63,980 nt of DNA, filler included, from Octopus bimaculoides (GCF_001194135.2; 5 parts of 4 records of this genome joined end to end with filler, not necessarily neighbours in it); one strand, 5' to 3'. Counted from the whole stretch's first letter, positions 41,361 to 53,884 are shown. Numbers and translations: made by a program. Notes: generated by a model not told the origin, from the letters alone.

Positions 41361-42004
41361 AACACACACTTGCGCACACACATTAATGAAGAAAATAATT
41401 ATATACAATTATTATAAGTTTTTTTTTGTGCAAATAAAAATCTGCAGACAGTGCATCCTTTTCGATGAAGTCAAATTAAGGTTGCGAAAGCATGAGAAAT
41501 CTTTAGCCAATAATGCTTTCTGGATCAAGACGGCTATAGCTAATAAAACCTTCTGGATAAAGTCAGCTTGTTTTAGCGGTGTTTTGTAAATCAATGCGAC
41601 TTGGCTCAAGTCAGCTTTAGTTAGCGCAGCTATGTGGATTAGAATTAGTTATTGTCTATAAAACCTTAAGGATCAAGTCAGCTTTAGTTTGTGAAGATTT
41701 TGGATTAATGGAGATAAGGACGTGGCAACAGGCAATAATCAGGAAGATTGTTTAAGTTAATATGGTTATTTTCAGCGTAAGGACAGCATGTTAATATAAA
41801 TATATCGAAGGGAGACGTGAACAATGGTCTTTGGCCAAGTTTTGTTTACCTGTAACCAGATGCAAACACATGCACACATGTACATGTATGAATATTCAAT
41901 ATCGCCTTGTGTAAGGTACAAATTTATGAAGGTTGCGAAATGGATGTAAACCTGTGACTAAATAAATATATATTCAACTCTCGTACTTCAAGATTTTATG
42001 GTTT

Positions 42005-42060
<56 letters not shown>

Positions 42061-42077
42061 CACACACACACACACAC

Positions 42078-42690
42078 AAGACCTGTTGAGGCAAATGAAA
42101 TCAATCCAAATTCGACGACTGGCACCCATGCCAACTTCTCCTTCATTGGATACTAGACCTGGCTTGCGAAGACCTGTGGGAGTAAGTGAAATCGAAATCG
42201 TGATTGAACCCAATTCGATGACTGGCATCTGTGCCAGTGGAGTGCTAAGAGCACCATCCGAGCGTGATCATTGCCAGAGCAGCTGTCTGGCTTCCATGCC
42301 AGTGGTGCGTAAATAGCACCATTTGAGCGTGATTGTTACCAGCGTCGCCTTACTGGCACTTGTGCCGGTGACACGTGAAAAAACATTCAAGCGAGGTCAT
42401 TGTCAGTGCCGCTGGACTGCCTCCTGTGCAGGTGGCACATAAAAAGCACCATTTTGAGCGTGGCCGTTGCCAGTACCACCAGACTGGCCCTCCTGCCGGT
42501 GGCACGTAAAAGCACTCACTACACTCTCGGAGTGGTTGGTTTTAGGAAGGGCATCCAGCTGTAGAAACTCTGCCAGGTCAGATTGGAGCCTGGTGTAGCC
42601 ATCCGGTTCACCAGTCCTTAGTCAAATTGTCCAACCCATGCTAGCATAGAAGGTGGACGTTAAGCGACGATGACGATGATGATGATGATA
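42078..42690 (+). mobile_element. Non-autonomous retroposon with internal about 65-bp tandem modules and an RTE-like 3' tail ending in (GAT)n
   Basis: About 4.5 units of TGCC(A/G)GTGGCAC.TAAAA.GCACCAT..GAGCGTG; tail AGGAAGGGCATCCAGCTGTAGAAAC..CCAACCCATGCTAGCAT.GAA..GGACGTTAA(GAT)n. Confidence 0.75.
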
Positions 42691-43299
42691 CCTTTGTACA
42701 CATGCTTTCATGCTTACGCACACTCACACACACACACTCACACACACACACTCACACACACACAAATAGTTGTGTGCGAACATTGCAGTCGTCGTAGTCA
42801 TAAGCAAGTGCGAGTATATTTGCATATATCCGCACATGTAATGTGACTTCGCTTTTGATGCAAACTTTCAACACCAAAAAATAAATAAATAAAATAATAA
42901 TGATAATAATAATAATAATAATGATGATAATAATAATGATAATAATAATAATAAAGCAAGAAAATATCGATTTGTTCTTACGAAATTTTAATGTGTGTTT
43001 TAAAAAAGAGTCAGAAGTGTTTTTTATATATATATAATCTGTGATTAGATCTGTCTTTAGAGAGATTCTTGGTAAAAATGCACATTTGCGTCTTTATTTT
43101 CTTTTATTTTTTTTTAAATATACATTAAAATAAAATTCTCTAGTACATATTCAAGTACACATCTAGATAAAAAAAAAAAAAATTACATTGATATTGATAC
43201 TGGAAAACAAAAACAAAAAATACTACTTTACACTAAGTTTGTGTGCGTGTGTAGGTTGGTAATACAAACAGGAAAAATAGAACTTAAAACATGAGTATA

Positions 43300-43340
<41 letters not shown>

Positions 43341-43610
43341 CTTCAATCGGCAGAAGTTACAAAGCGACTCAAAAGCTGAGAGTTTCCTACATTGCTACAT
43401 GGTCATGTACGAAACCTACGGTCCTTGAAGATATTGGTAGCTTCTGTCGATTATCACACAACACAGATAGATAGATAGAAAGATAGATTTGGCCGGTTTA
43501 TGGGGCTACCCTGGGTTTCATGTCCATAAAGTGCTTAACTTTACAGCGTTTCTTCAGACTCTAAACGCGTTAGCTTATGGACTCTCTTGCAAGTGGATGT
43601 AGGATTTATT

Positions 43611-43639
<29 letters not shown>

Positions 43640-43664
<25 letters not shown>

Positions 43665-43900
43665 AGAATTCACAAAAAAAAAAACAAAAGACGAAGACAG
43701 GTGGTGTAGAAAACCAGCAGATGTATTAGTTTAACGCTCGGGAAAAAGTCTTTAACGTTTCGAGCCTACGCTCTTCTACAGAAAGGAACACAGAAAGAAA
43801 CAAGGAGAGAGAAAAAAAAAAGAATGTTTAGTAGCTAGCGATCTGTCATGGCGAATGCTAGACAGAAGGGTGAATTACAATAGGAAAAAACTGAAAGTAT
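43640..43900 (-). mobile_element. PLE-like terminal repeat fragment
   Basis: Follows a (TA)n tract and contains a minimal hammerhead motif, a known PLE terminal feature. Confidence 0.55.
43750..43785 (-). ncRNA. Minimal type-I hammerhead ribozyme motif (A6 mutated)
   Basis: CTTT-CTGTAGA-A-GAGC/GTAG/GCTC-GAA-ACGT-T-AAAG: stem I, core, stem II, palindromic helix III. Confidence 0.7.
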
Positions 43901-44520
43901 AAAAAGAATTTTTACATAAAGTTCAAAAGGTTCAAATGCTTCAGACATCGTGGTGTTTTGGAACGATTTTTCATCAACAGAAGAGTCCAGAGTAATCCAT
44001 AGGCAGGAGAGGTGCAGCTGAAGTGTAGAAAGTCCAGTAGAGAATCCGTAGAAAGGTAGGAAGTCCAGTAGAGAAGTTCGTGGGTGAAGAGAAGAGACAG
44101 GATCAACTGGTAATATATGGGGAGAATATATGTTTATATAGTTGAGGTGTGTTCTGTTAAGAACATATAAAAGTACAAATAGAGCTCGTTCACCCTTAGA
44201 ATTCCCAAATAGCCGGTAGTATTCTTATGGTGTACTATCAAAGAAGACATGGATGTTGTAGCATGGAAATCTAAATTTACTTACGGAGACAGCAACTGAG
44301 TATAGCCTGAGGTAGACACATATAGATCTTCTTATACATGTAATAGTCCTATGACTCGTAGACAGTAATGTCCAGGGACTTTAAACACAAGTGATTTATT
44401 TCGTCTTTGAATTTTGAGAATTATGGCAGGTCATTTAACCTGCTAAAAATGACAACCAAATAGCCTCAAATCACTACTTTCTGAAATAAAGGACACGTTT
44501 GATAATGCAGTCCTTTGATG

Positions 44521-44560
44521 ATCGTTTCTCGGTCTTTTGGCTAAGATCGAAGTGTAATAT
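44521..44560 (+). pseudogene. 3'-truncated U2 snRNA retrocopy (U2 nt 1 to about 39) with 11-bp flanking direct repeat
   Basis: ATCGTTTCTCGGTCTTTTGGCTAAGATCGAAGTGTAATAT vs U2 ATCGCTTCTCGGCCTTTTGGCTAAGATCAAGTGTAGTAT; AGTCCTTTGAT at 44509-44519 and 44561-44571. Confidence 0.9.
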
Positions 44561-45364
44561 AGTCCTTTGATCTAATGCGAAGTACAGATGATGCAATATC
44601 GAATATTTATTGTTGTTTAACCCCAGGTAAATTATGGTCGAATAAAATCCTACGATCAGAAATATTCTAACCGTAAGGACAGCATCTTTTTATATCGGGT
44701 ATATTTAATACGTGGTAATTATCCTATGATTTGTGGTAGATTAATCTGCTTTTTCTTACACGTTCGATGAACACTTAGAATCCCTTACTGCACGTTCCAC
44801 AATGTAAACTCTCTGTTTTTTTTTTTCTTTTTTACACCACCCATGTTTGATGGCATATAAGACACACTGTTTCCAAATAAAGTCTCGAGAATTCACTCTA
44901 TATGCGAAGTTCTTTTGAATATTACATGCTTTAATGCACTAGAAACTTATACTGGAATACCCGCTGTTGAAACTGGAGTGCGTCTGATATATACGCGAGT
45001 CTCAAACGCGGTAATTCGGTCATATTAATGCGCTGGAAGTTTTTTTTCTTTTTTTAAATTCTTTTTAGAGAAATATGTTCTTCGGTGCAATCTTAAGTTT
45101 TCTAATATAATCCGATTCACATATAAGATGCTTTATACTAATACTAAGTCGATTCCAATACCAGACTGATGCTTCAAACCATTATTTCTTTCTTTCCTTT
45201 TTTTTTCTTTTCGTTTTTTCTTTTGTTAAACCTGTTTACACACACAACCCTCACACCAACACACACACACATATACATCCAGTCGATATTTTGTCCTGTG
45301 TCGCCCTTAATGTTTTTTTTTTAATGTAAACCCTGTTTGCTTAACAAATAAATCATCGTTACCA

Positions 45365-45690
45365 TTATTATTTCATCGACCCCCGCGGACGGGAGGGACA
45401 GCAAAGTTGGCCTCGTAAGATTTGAATTCTAAAACATAAAGATCCATCAAGCATTTTATCTGAGCTTCAGACAATCCTGCCATTGGCAGAATCGTTAGCA
45501 TGCCGGGTAAGTTGCTTAATGGCATTTCGTCCGTCTTTATTTTCGTCCTGGGTTCAAATTCCGCCGAGGTCGACTTTGCCTTTCATCTTTTCGGTGGCAA
45601 TAAAACAAGTACCAGTCGAACACTGAGGTCGATGTAATCAACACATCCCCTCCTCCAAAATTGCTACCCCTGTAGCAAAATTTGAAATTA
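45365..45690. mobile_element. SINE family C copies (- then +)
   Basis: Matches to the family core. Confidence 0.75.
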
Positions 45691-46379
45691 TTATTATCAT
45701 TATTATTATTATTATTTGATGCTGACAAAGCTTCTTGACAGTTTCCTATTTGAGATATACGTCCGTCTCTGTTTCAACTACGCAGCTTTTGTTAAGGGCA
45801 CTTCCAAGGGTCCTTGTTTATAAAAAGATGTTAGCACCAGCGATGTCCCAATCCCGCTGTCACTATCAATGCCATTGTGGCGAAAGTAAATAATACGTAC
45901 ACCCGGTGTTCAAGGTTGGGGTTAAGGTTTTTGTTACGCCGAAAACAGGTGGAGTACGTATTCTTTACCTCCGCCGCCATTGCTTCTTTTGCTGCTGCTG
46001 CTAATTTCGCTGCTGCTGCTGCTGTTGTTGTTGTTTTTGTTGTTGTTGTTGGTGGTGGTGGTATGCGTATATTCCGTTTTTGAGACAAGAAAAAAGACCG
46101 CCACTAGCTCCTCCGCAGAATCGATGATACTAAATGACATTGTTGAGATTGTTGTTGGTGTAGTCGCCATGATGACGAGGAGGAGGAGAATCAAACTGCC
46201 TAACTAAAAGACAAGACTGCTGAGAATGTGTTCACAGGAAATTATTGTCGCAGAAACAATCGCTGGCTGCATAATTATGTGTGCATGCAAGTGTAAGCAA
46301 GTGAACGCGTGCATCTCTCGATAGCCAAGCGACTTTTATATAGAAATTATTATTTAGTGGATATTTTTTTGCGTTTTTT

Positions 46380-46690
46380 ACTGGCACTCCGTCGGTTACG
46401 ACGACGAAGGTTCCAGTTGATCCAATGAACGGAACAACCTGTTCGTGAAATTAACGTGCAAATGGCTGAGCACTCCACAGATACGTGTACCCTTAATGTA
46501 GTTCTCAGGGAGATTCAGCGTGACACAGAAGGTGACAAGGCTGGCCCCTTTGCAGTACAAGTACTACTCATTTTTGCCAGCTGAATATGGAATGGAGCAA
46601 CGTGAAATGAAGAAATAAAATGTCTTGCTGAAGGATACAACGCCTCACCATTAATTGAATATCCTGACCTTACGATATTAAGCCGAATAC
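46380..46690. mobile_element. Family E repeat plus CORE-like SINE D
   Basis: Reverse complement of 22470-22660, then GGAGCAACGTGAAATGAAG..TGTCTTGCTGAAGGATACAAC. Confidence 0.75.
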
Positions 46691-46999
46691 TCTAGGCTGT
46701 TGCGTTATAATTAAGAAGTAATGGGCGAAATACATGACACTGAGGGCGAAGGGGGCCAAACAATGGTTTAGATTCCAAAACTTCAGAAATATGGAGAGGA
46801 TTTCTCCTTGCCTGGAAATACATTGTTGTCTAGTCTCAAGTCAGCTTTGACTGGGCAGACTTATGATGGAAGACTTCCAGCCGTAGCAATCCATTTTTTT
46901 TTTTGTTAATTAATGATTTCTTTAAAAAAAATTACACTTTTTCACTCACAGCCTCTCCACCCCCCTCTCTCTCTTTTCAAACTATATTAGCCTACCTTT

Positions 47000-47155
47000 T
47001 TCACACACATTCTATCTACCTAATTTTCGCACTTTTTCTATCAGTCTATCACTTTCACACTGTTTCTATCTGCCTATCACTTTCGCACTATTTCCATCTG
47101 TCTATCACTTTCACACTATTTCTATTAGTCTATCACTTTCACACTTCACGTATCT
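47000..47155. repeat. About 28-bp minisatellite, about 5 units
   Basis: Unit close to CTTTCACACTATTTCTATCTGTCTATCA. Confidence 0.85.
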
Positions 47156-48214
47156 GATAATCTCTTTTACTTCAGTTTATCTTAACGCAAAATCTTAGTG
47201 GATTCGATTTTTTAAAATTTATGTAAATGCATGCATGTATACATGCATGTGTGTGTAAAATATATTTATGTATGTATACACATCGATGCAACTGTATCTA
47301 TCTATATAAAGGTATGCATTGCAAGGTATTTTATTGCATAATGTATCTTGTTTGTTTGAAGATGTCTCACTACAATCTTACTCAGCCATCCATCCAATCA
47401 TCCATCCACCCAGTCACCCACGTACTCACTCACTTTACGCTTTATCTATCTTTCTCACTGTATACGTCCGTTTTTATGTTGTATTTCGCTCTAAATGCTT
47501 CCATCGTTGTTACGTACGCACACATATCGTGTACTTGTTCATGTTGCTATCGACTGAGCTTTCTCCATCTAATTTTATTTCGTGTACTTTCTTATAATGT
47601 GTTGCAATAATTGTTTGTTTTAGATGCATGGTTAATCGATAAGAAAGTGTGGTGCTTGTGTATCTCTTACAACAACAACAACAACAACACAGAAACCGTA
47701 AACCAACAAAGGCATACAACATACACGAAATAAACTATGAAATCTATTTAACAGTTTACTTATTTGAAAATTCGGCGTTGATGATTTTATTAATTGTACC
47801 ACTATTTCCACCATCCTTTGCTGCCTTACTGCAACGTGCACGAACATGCCAGTATTACTATGGTTTCATTTAGATGACGACACGAAGGTTCTGAGTGCTG
47901 TTGAACCAAATTAAACATGAGGGGCTAATGAGGAAATATGAAAATCCTTTAAGGGTCATTTTAGTCGGATCCTGTACTTATTTTAAATTTCCGTTTATTA
48001 AATTGGACTTCCAAGACATTCATGAGCACAAAGCGGTGTGCAAACGAACTGAACGCATAGGTGTGTAATTGTAAAGCAAACGTCTTAATCACATAATCAC
48101 GCAACTATATTCACACACACACATTTCTTTGTGGTTGTTCTTGAGTTTCTGGTATTTTAGTTCATGGCATTGTTGATGCTGTTGCTATTTTCCTTATAGT
48201 TATCTCTCCATTGC

Positions 48215-48422
48215 CCACAAAAGATAGAGGGGACAAACAAGGACAGACAAATGAATTATGTCGATTATATCGACCCCAGTGTGTAACTGGTACTTATTTA
48301 ATCGACCCCAAAAGGTTGAAAGGCTAAGTCGACCCCAGCAGAATTTGAACTCAGAACGTAGCGGCAGACAAAATACCGCTAAGCATTTTACCTGGTGTGC
48401 TAACGATTCTGCCAGCTCGCTG
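48215..48422 (-). mobile_element. SINE family C
   Basis: CGACCCC.AAAGG.TGAAAGGC.AAGTCGACC..GAATTTGAACTCAGAACGTA..GCTAACGATTCTGCCAGCTCGC. Confidence 0.85.
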
Positions 48423-48503
48423 CTATTTTCCTAATATTCCAACTGGTGTTGTTGAAGTATTTATGGCAGTTATTGTTTTTATATATATACACACTTACAT
48501 ATA

Positions 48504-48612
<109 letters not shown>

Positions 48613-48863
48613 ACTCTTTAACACATACACACATATTTGATACGCAATGAATGAATTAGACAATCTAAGCATTTACCACAGGAAGCACTCAACGATTGAC
48701 AGCTCTATTGTTGAAACAATTGTAAACCATGGACTAAAAGCAATACCATAAATGCTACTCTTAGCATATATGTGTATGTATGTATCTAGTATCTATGTAT
48801 GTGCATATATGTATGTATGTATGTATGTATGTGTATATATTTATATATATATGTATGTGTGTA

Positions 48864-48991
48864 CAGGGTGTCCACAACGTCTGGGTACATGGAGTAAATA
48901 AAATCATAACATAAACAATTAAATTATAAGAAATAATAATTTCTTAAAGTATGTGTTAATCCCCATGTACCTAGACTTTGTGGACACCCTG
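48864..48991. mobile_element. Tc1/mariner-type MITE, 128 bp, TA target duplication
   Basis: TA|CAGGGTGTCCACAACGTCTGGGTACATGG..CCATGTACCTAGACTTTGTGGACACCCTG|TA. Confidence 0.9.
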
Positions 48992-49164
48992 TATGTGTAT
49001 GTATATATGTGTGTGTGTGTGCATATATGTATCTGTGTATGTGTGTATGTGCATGTGAGTGCCCTTAATTCCTAGTTATATCATTGCTGACCCACATCAA
49101 CAGGTCATTGTTTGGTTAACCAGCCATGTGATGGAAGGCACTCTAGTTATGAATATCCTGACTC

Positions 49165-49536
49165 TTAATACCTCCGCCTTAGCGAAGGCAGAGGTATTAT
49201 TTCCAGCCGTGTTTGTTTGTCTGTCCGTGGACAAGATATCTCAAGAACCATTGGATGGACTTGGATGAAACTTTCAGGGATGTTTGGCCTCATGGCTGGC
49301 ACAAACTGATTAGATCTTGGGATTGATCCAGTGCCGGACAAAGATTCTGGATTATTTTTCCTGTTTTTTTAACATAATTTTCACGATCAGTTGGGTTCAT
49401 TTTTTTAGTATTCTAGTTTGTGAGAGCAGACGCTTTTATTTCAGATATTCTCATTTTAAAAATCATCTCTGGCTAATCATTGAGAGGACATTGGTGTTGA
49501 CTTGGCGGCAGTTTGCGCTCTCTGAGTGCTCTTGTT
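49165..49536 (+). mobile_element. Non-autonomous Helentron-type element (HINE/DINE-1-like)
   Basis: 5' hairpin TACCTCCGCCTTAGCGAAGGCAGAGGTA, GTTTGTCTGTCCGT microsatellite and 3' end TTGGCGGCAGTTTGCGCTCTCTGAGTGCTCTTGTT. Confidence 0.7.
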
Positions 49537-50094
49537 CAGATTGTATCTGAAATTACATCATCCAGTGTGGCCTACATTTTTTTCAAAAAGCCAACATGGC
49601 CTAGTTTTAAAGTAATCAATTGTTTCTTGTAGGTTGACCTACCACATAGACACAATCATTTAATGTTGCTATCGACTCCACTGCTGTTGTTACTAATGAT
49701 GATGATGATGACGATGATGATGGTGTTTGGTGCTAGTAGGTGGGGAGGGGAGTGTACGAATGATAAAGATGTTTATGGTGATGATGATGGTGATGGTGAT
49801 ATTCATGTTGGTGCTGATGGTAATATCCCCTGCACCATTATTGTCATCATCATCGTTGTCAACATCATCATTGTAAGAAGCAACAGCGATGTCAGTGTCA
49901 TCAGCAATTCCATCCACATTATTTTATTATTATTGCAGCCACCATCCTACCATTACTGCAAACACCATCACCATCATCATCATCAACAGCTGCAGTGGCA
50001 ACAAGAACATGGAAATCACCACATGCACTTTATATATGCATATATGTATGTATGTATGTATGTATATACATGTAAATATATATATATCTATATG

Positions 50095-50135
<41 letters not shown>

Positions 50136-50155
50136 AATGCATGTGTATATATGTA

Positions 50156-50186
<31 letters not shown>

Positions 50187-50410
50187 AATGCATGTATATN
50201 NNNNNNNNNNNNNNNNNNNNNNNNNNNNNNNNNNNNNNNNNNNTTAATTAATTAANNNNNNNNNNNNNNNNNNNNNNNNNNNNNNNNNNNNNNNNNNNNC
50301 CTTCCCCCTCCCAAAAAGAAAAGCTCTACATTGTATTTGTCCCATCTTCGTTGAGCCCTGTGTGGCTAATAAAAGAAATGTATCTATCTATCTATTTATC
50401 TATCTATCTG

Positions 50411-50460
<50 letters not shown>

Positions 50461-50720
50461 AGTACAAACACACACACACACAAAAGTGTGTGCGTGCCTG
50501 TGCTATACAGTGTTTCTGGTAACCGAATGAGCAAAACAGTGTTAATTTTGACAGTTCTCCTGCGAAATATGAAATTTCATTCCCTGATGAACTTCTTAGG
50601 AGCGGAGTCAGGAAGAGAACTCAGCTGTAAAATCCTGCCTCCAAATCTGTTCCTAGGGTAGCAATAACAGCGCGGATAAACCGGACATTAAACGTACGAT
50701 GGATAGTATGTATGCAAGTA

Positions 50721-51959
50721 CGAGGGCTGTTCATTAAAGATTTCTCCTGACCCACTTCCCAAGGACTGAGATAAACGAAACTTGGTATAATTATTAGTCC
50801 TTCTCTACATAGCCACCACCAATGGAGACACATTTCTCCAATTGCTTTATGCAGGTGTGAAGACCTCGTCTATAGAAGTCGATAGGTTGCATCTGAAGCC
50901 AAGACGTTACCTCGGAAATAAGTTCATCATCGTCCAAAAAGTGCTTCCCCTTTAAAAAAAGACTTCATCGCTGGAAAGAGGTGAAAGTCAGATGGTGCGA
51001 AGTCAGGATGAGGAAGGATTTAGTAGCCACAGGAGTGTGCTTTTATCAGGGCAACATGCGCATTGTGAACTGACGTGTTGTCTTGGAGGGGCGGACTCCT
51101 TTGGTCAGTATGCCATGTCTCTCTGTTTTGATAGCGTCCCGCAATTTCTGCAACAGAGAAACATATGTCCCGTTAATTGTGGTGCCAGAAAATCCATCAT
51201 CACTACTCCACGCTGGTCCTGAAAGACTGTGAGTGTCACCTTGCCTGCTGAGGGCTGGACATGAACCTTCTTTGGAGGTGATTAGTTATCATATTTCCAT
51301 TGCTTCGACTGGACTTTAATCTCAGGATCATAATAATAACTTACATTTCATCTTGTGATAAGTCTGCCGAAAATGTCCTCCTCGTTTTCTTGGCACATTG
51401 CCAAAAGAGCCTGAGAGCAATTGATTCGTTTCTGCTCCTGAAAAGGTGTGAGCATCAGGGGAATCCACCGTGCAGATAACTTCTGCATGTGAAAATGATC
51501 CTGAAAGATTTTTTTTCTACGAACCCTACATTTATTTTGGGCTAGATCCTCCAAAATGGTGGCTTCCACTTTATGGATGGTGTCGCCATCAATGGCGGAA
51601 TATGGTTGTCCGAGAATAGAAGCGGTTTCTACCGATGTCTGTCCACATATGAACTGGCGATGCCAGTGCTTGACTACGTCGTATGATGGTGCATTGTCAC
51701 CATAAACTTCTTTCATCTCATCGAAAGTTTCTTTTGTTGTACGACCTTTCAAGTATAAGAACCTGATCATTGATCTGCATTCAACTGCCTCCATTATAAC
51801 ACCTTAGTCCACTTCAGCAGCCGTAAAAGACAAACGAATGCTTGTGGAAAGCTACAATTTACAATGTGACATGTAGAGATGTGCATAATTACAGCTGTAA
51901 AAGTTCCGCTTCCTGCAATAACCAGTGGGTCAGGGAAATCTTTAATAAACAAACCCTCG
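50721..51959 (-). mobile_element. Full-length decayed mariner element
   Basis: TA|CGAGGG..TT.ATTAAAGATTTC.C.TGACCCAC TIRs at both ends, TA flanks, 1239 bp. Confidence 0.92.
50794..51794 (-). pseudogene. Mariner transposase (frameshifted)
   Basis: MEAVECRSMIRFLYLKG..LSARWIP.MLT..GRLITR, then frameshift to DET-type motif; ends FYRRGLHTCIKQLEKCVSIGGGYVEKD*. Confidence 0.9.
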
Positions 51960-52048
51960 TATATCTGTCTATCTATCCGTTAATCTATCAATCTTCTCTC
52001 TAAATACGTGCGCGCGCTCACACACGCACACACACACACGCACGCACG

Positions 52049-52104
<56 letters not shown>

Positions 52105-52125
52105 CACACTCATACATCGAGGCAT

Positions 52126-52205
52126 CAGGCAGTTAACTCGTTACGGTCACCTCCGGTTACGGAAGTTCGCGCTTACGGAGCGATAATTAACTTCGGGTTA
52201 CGCTC
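52126..52205 (+). mobile_element. Possible pogo/Tigger-like left end
   Basis: CAGGCAG start followed by repeated TTACG motifs; no matching right end seen. Confidence 0.35.
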
Positions 52206-52904
52206 TATATGGGGAACTCGGATAAATTTGGGGAATTTGATAACTATTCTTTTTTCTAAGCCAAAAGACTACATCTCGGCATTTTAACTAAGATTAAAGG
52301 ATAGTTAATAATTTCGAAAACTCTGATCATGACACATATGTATATGAGTCGATGGTGTATACAAACGGTTATGTATACATCAGTTATGGTGTGCGGAGTG
52401 GAATTGTTCACTGTGTGTGTGTTTGTGTGTGTGTGCGAGAGGAGAGAGAGGGAAAGAACGTGGAGTTTTATGGCTTAAGTCAGAGGGGTAAAGGTAAGGC
52501 CCTTCAACTGTAATAATGCAAAATTACCTCCCACCTCGATCTTTCACCATTTCCTCTTCTCATTTCCATAATTACATCCATAGAAATAAACCAGAATTTT
52601 TTTTCCCAGTTCTTACGTGATGCTTCTTTTATTTCTACATTTATTCATTTTATTAATCTAATCTCCATTTTCTCTCTTGGTTTTTATAATAATTATATAC
52701 ATATTGATTGATTAACTGATTGATTGATTGATTGATTAATTGATTGATTGATTGATTGATTGTCAACATACCATATATCGGAAAAAGAAGCACACTCTAA
52801 AGAATAGGGCAGTAAGTCTTAAAACAAAAAGTTAAATTCTGGTTATGGAGTGACCAAATGTTTTGTATCCACAAAAGCAATAGCTTCGTGGACAGCTGTA
52901 GAAA

Positions 52905-53860
52905 CCGAAGAGAACCTTTTCCCTAAGACGTCCAGGATGTACAATCCGATAAGATCGCAGACATCGGCGCTGTCATAGAATCCCACAGCCACATCGAAGG
53001 AACCCTCGGAGTTAGCTTGCTTGACCCATGTCTGTCGAATCTTTGTGGAACAGCACCGTCTTCCTGGCGTAGATGATAACGCTAATATCACAATCACTAA
53101 TATCTGTGAAGCCCTTAGCAAAGGAAAGTGTCTTCATCAACAATCCTTCTGAAATCGATGGGTAAAAGTCGACAATGTCGAACTGTGTAAAGCTAGCCCT
53201 GCCTCTCCCCCAGTTGGCATTAAACCATGAGGTCACCTCATTGGTGCTGTGCCACAGAGGGATGCCCGTGGCCCTCCTTGTATCGTCATTAATCTTCCTC
53301 GGTATATACTTACTTGCCTGTTCAATCATGAATTTAGCAAGATTGATCAGGCAGTATTTGGGGTTAGAGGCAACGTCCGGCTTGTGGTCATTTAAAGTGA
53401 CAAAAGGCACTTCTCTGGGTCAAAATATCTACTCTGTCCGCTATACCTAGACTAATTTCTATCTGTTTAGCGTCACAGTTAATGTTATAAGTGTGTGAAG
53501 AAGCGCGTCTGTAATTTTGTATAATAGAATCATTTAAAACCCTATCGTAAGTGTATGTGTCTATCATGTATAAATTCTTAGTCTTATCCGAGAAGATTAA
53601 AGACTTGTTAGAGTTTCTTATTTTAGGTATATCTTCTCGGAGTTTGCCTTGAAAGGAGGAAGAGGACTTACGGAATTTCAGCTTGAGTATTATTCCTAGT
53701 AGCTCCGCTTCGAAGGCCTCAAGTTCCTTGATTTTAGGTGGAAACTTCCTAGACTTGATACTCGGAGGGTAGCGTGCTTTGATCGTAGAAAAACGCCTTC
53801 CACCTCATGTGCGTTATAAGGCGCATTTTCTCCAGAGCCTACCAGAGATACACCAGGAGT
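52905..53860 (-). pseudogene. Penelope-like element reverse transcriptase (N-terminal part, truncated before the catalytic DD)
   Basis: HMRWKAFFY, KSRKFPPKIKELEAFE, FSDKTKNLY, VTLNDHKP..NPKYCLIN.AK, QFDIVDFYPSISE.LL, WVKQ..FDVAVGFYDSADVCDLIGLYIL. Confidence 0.9.
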
Positions 53861-53884
53861 GCGAATATAGCTACCTCCTAAGCT

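Noticed and set aside
42230-42510. Regular about 65-bp repeats as a CRISPR-like array
   Set aside because: The whole unit is repeated with no unique spacers, the context is eukaryotic, and it lies inside a retroposon.
45985-46060. Poly-Q frame (HHHQQQQQKQQQ) on the minus strand
   Set aside because: It is bracketed by TAG stops and has no supporting splice sites.
48690-48735. Hammerhead-like GACAG/TTGTT-GAA-ACAATTGT-A
   Set aside because: There is no recognisable core and no stem I.
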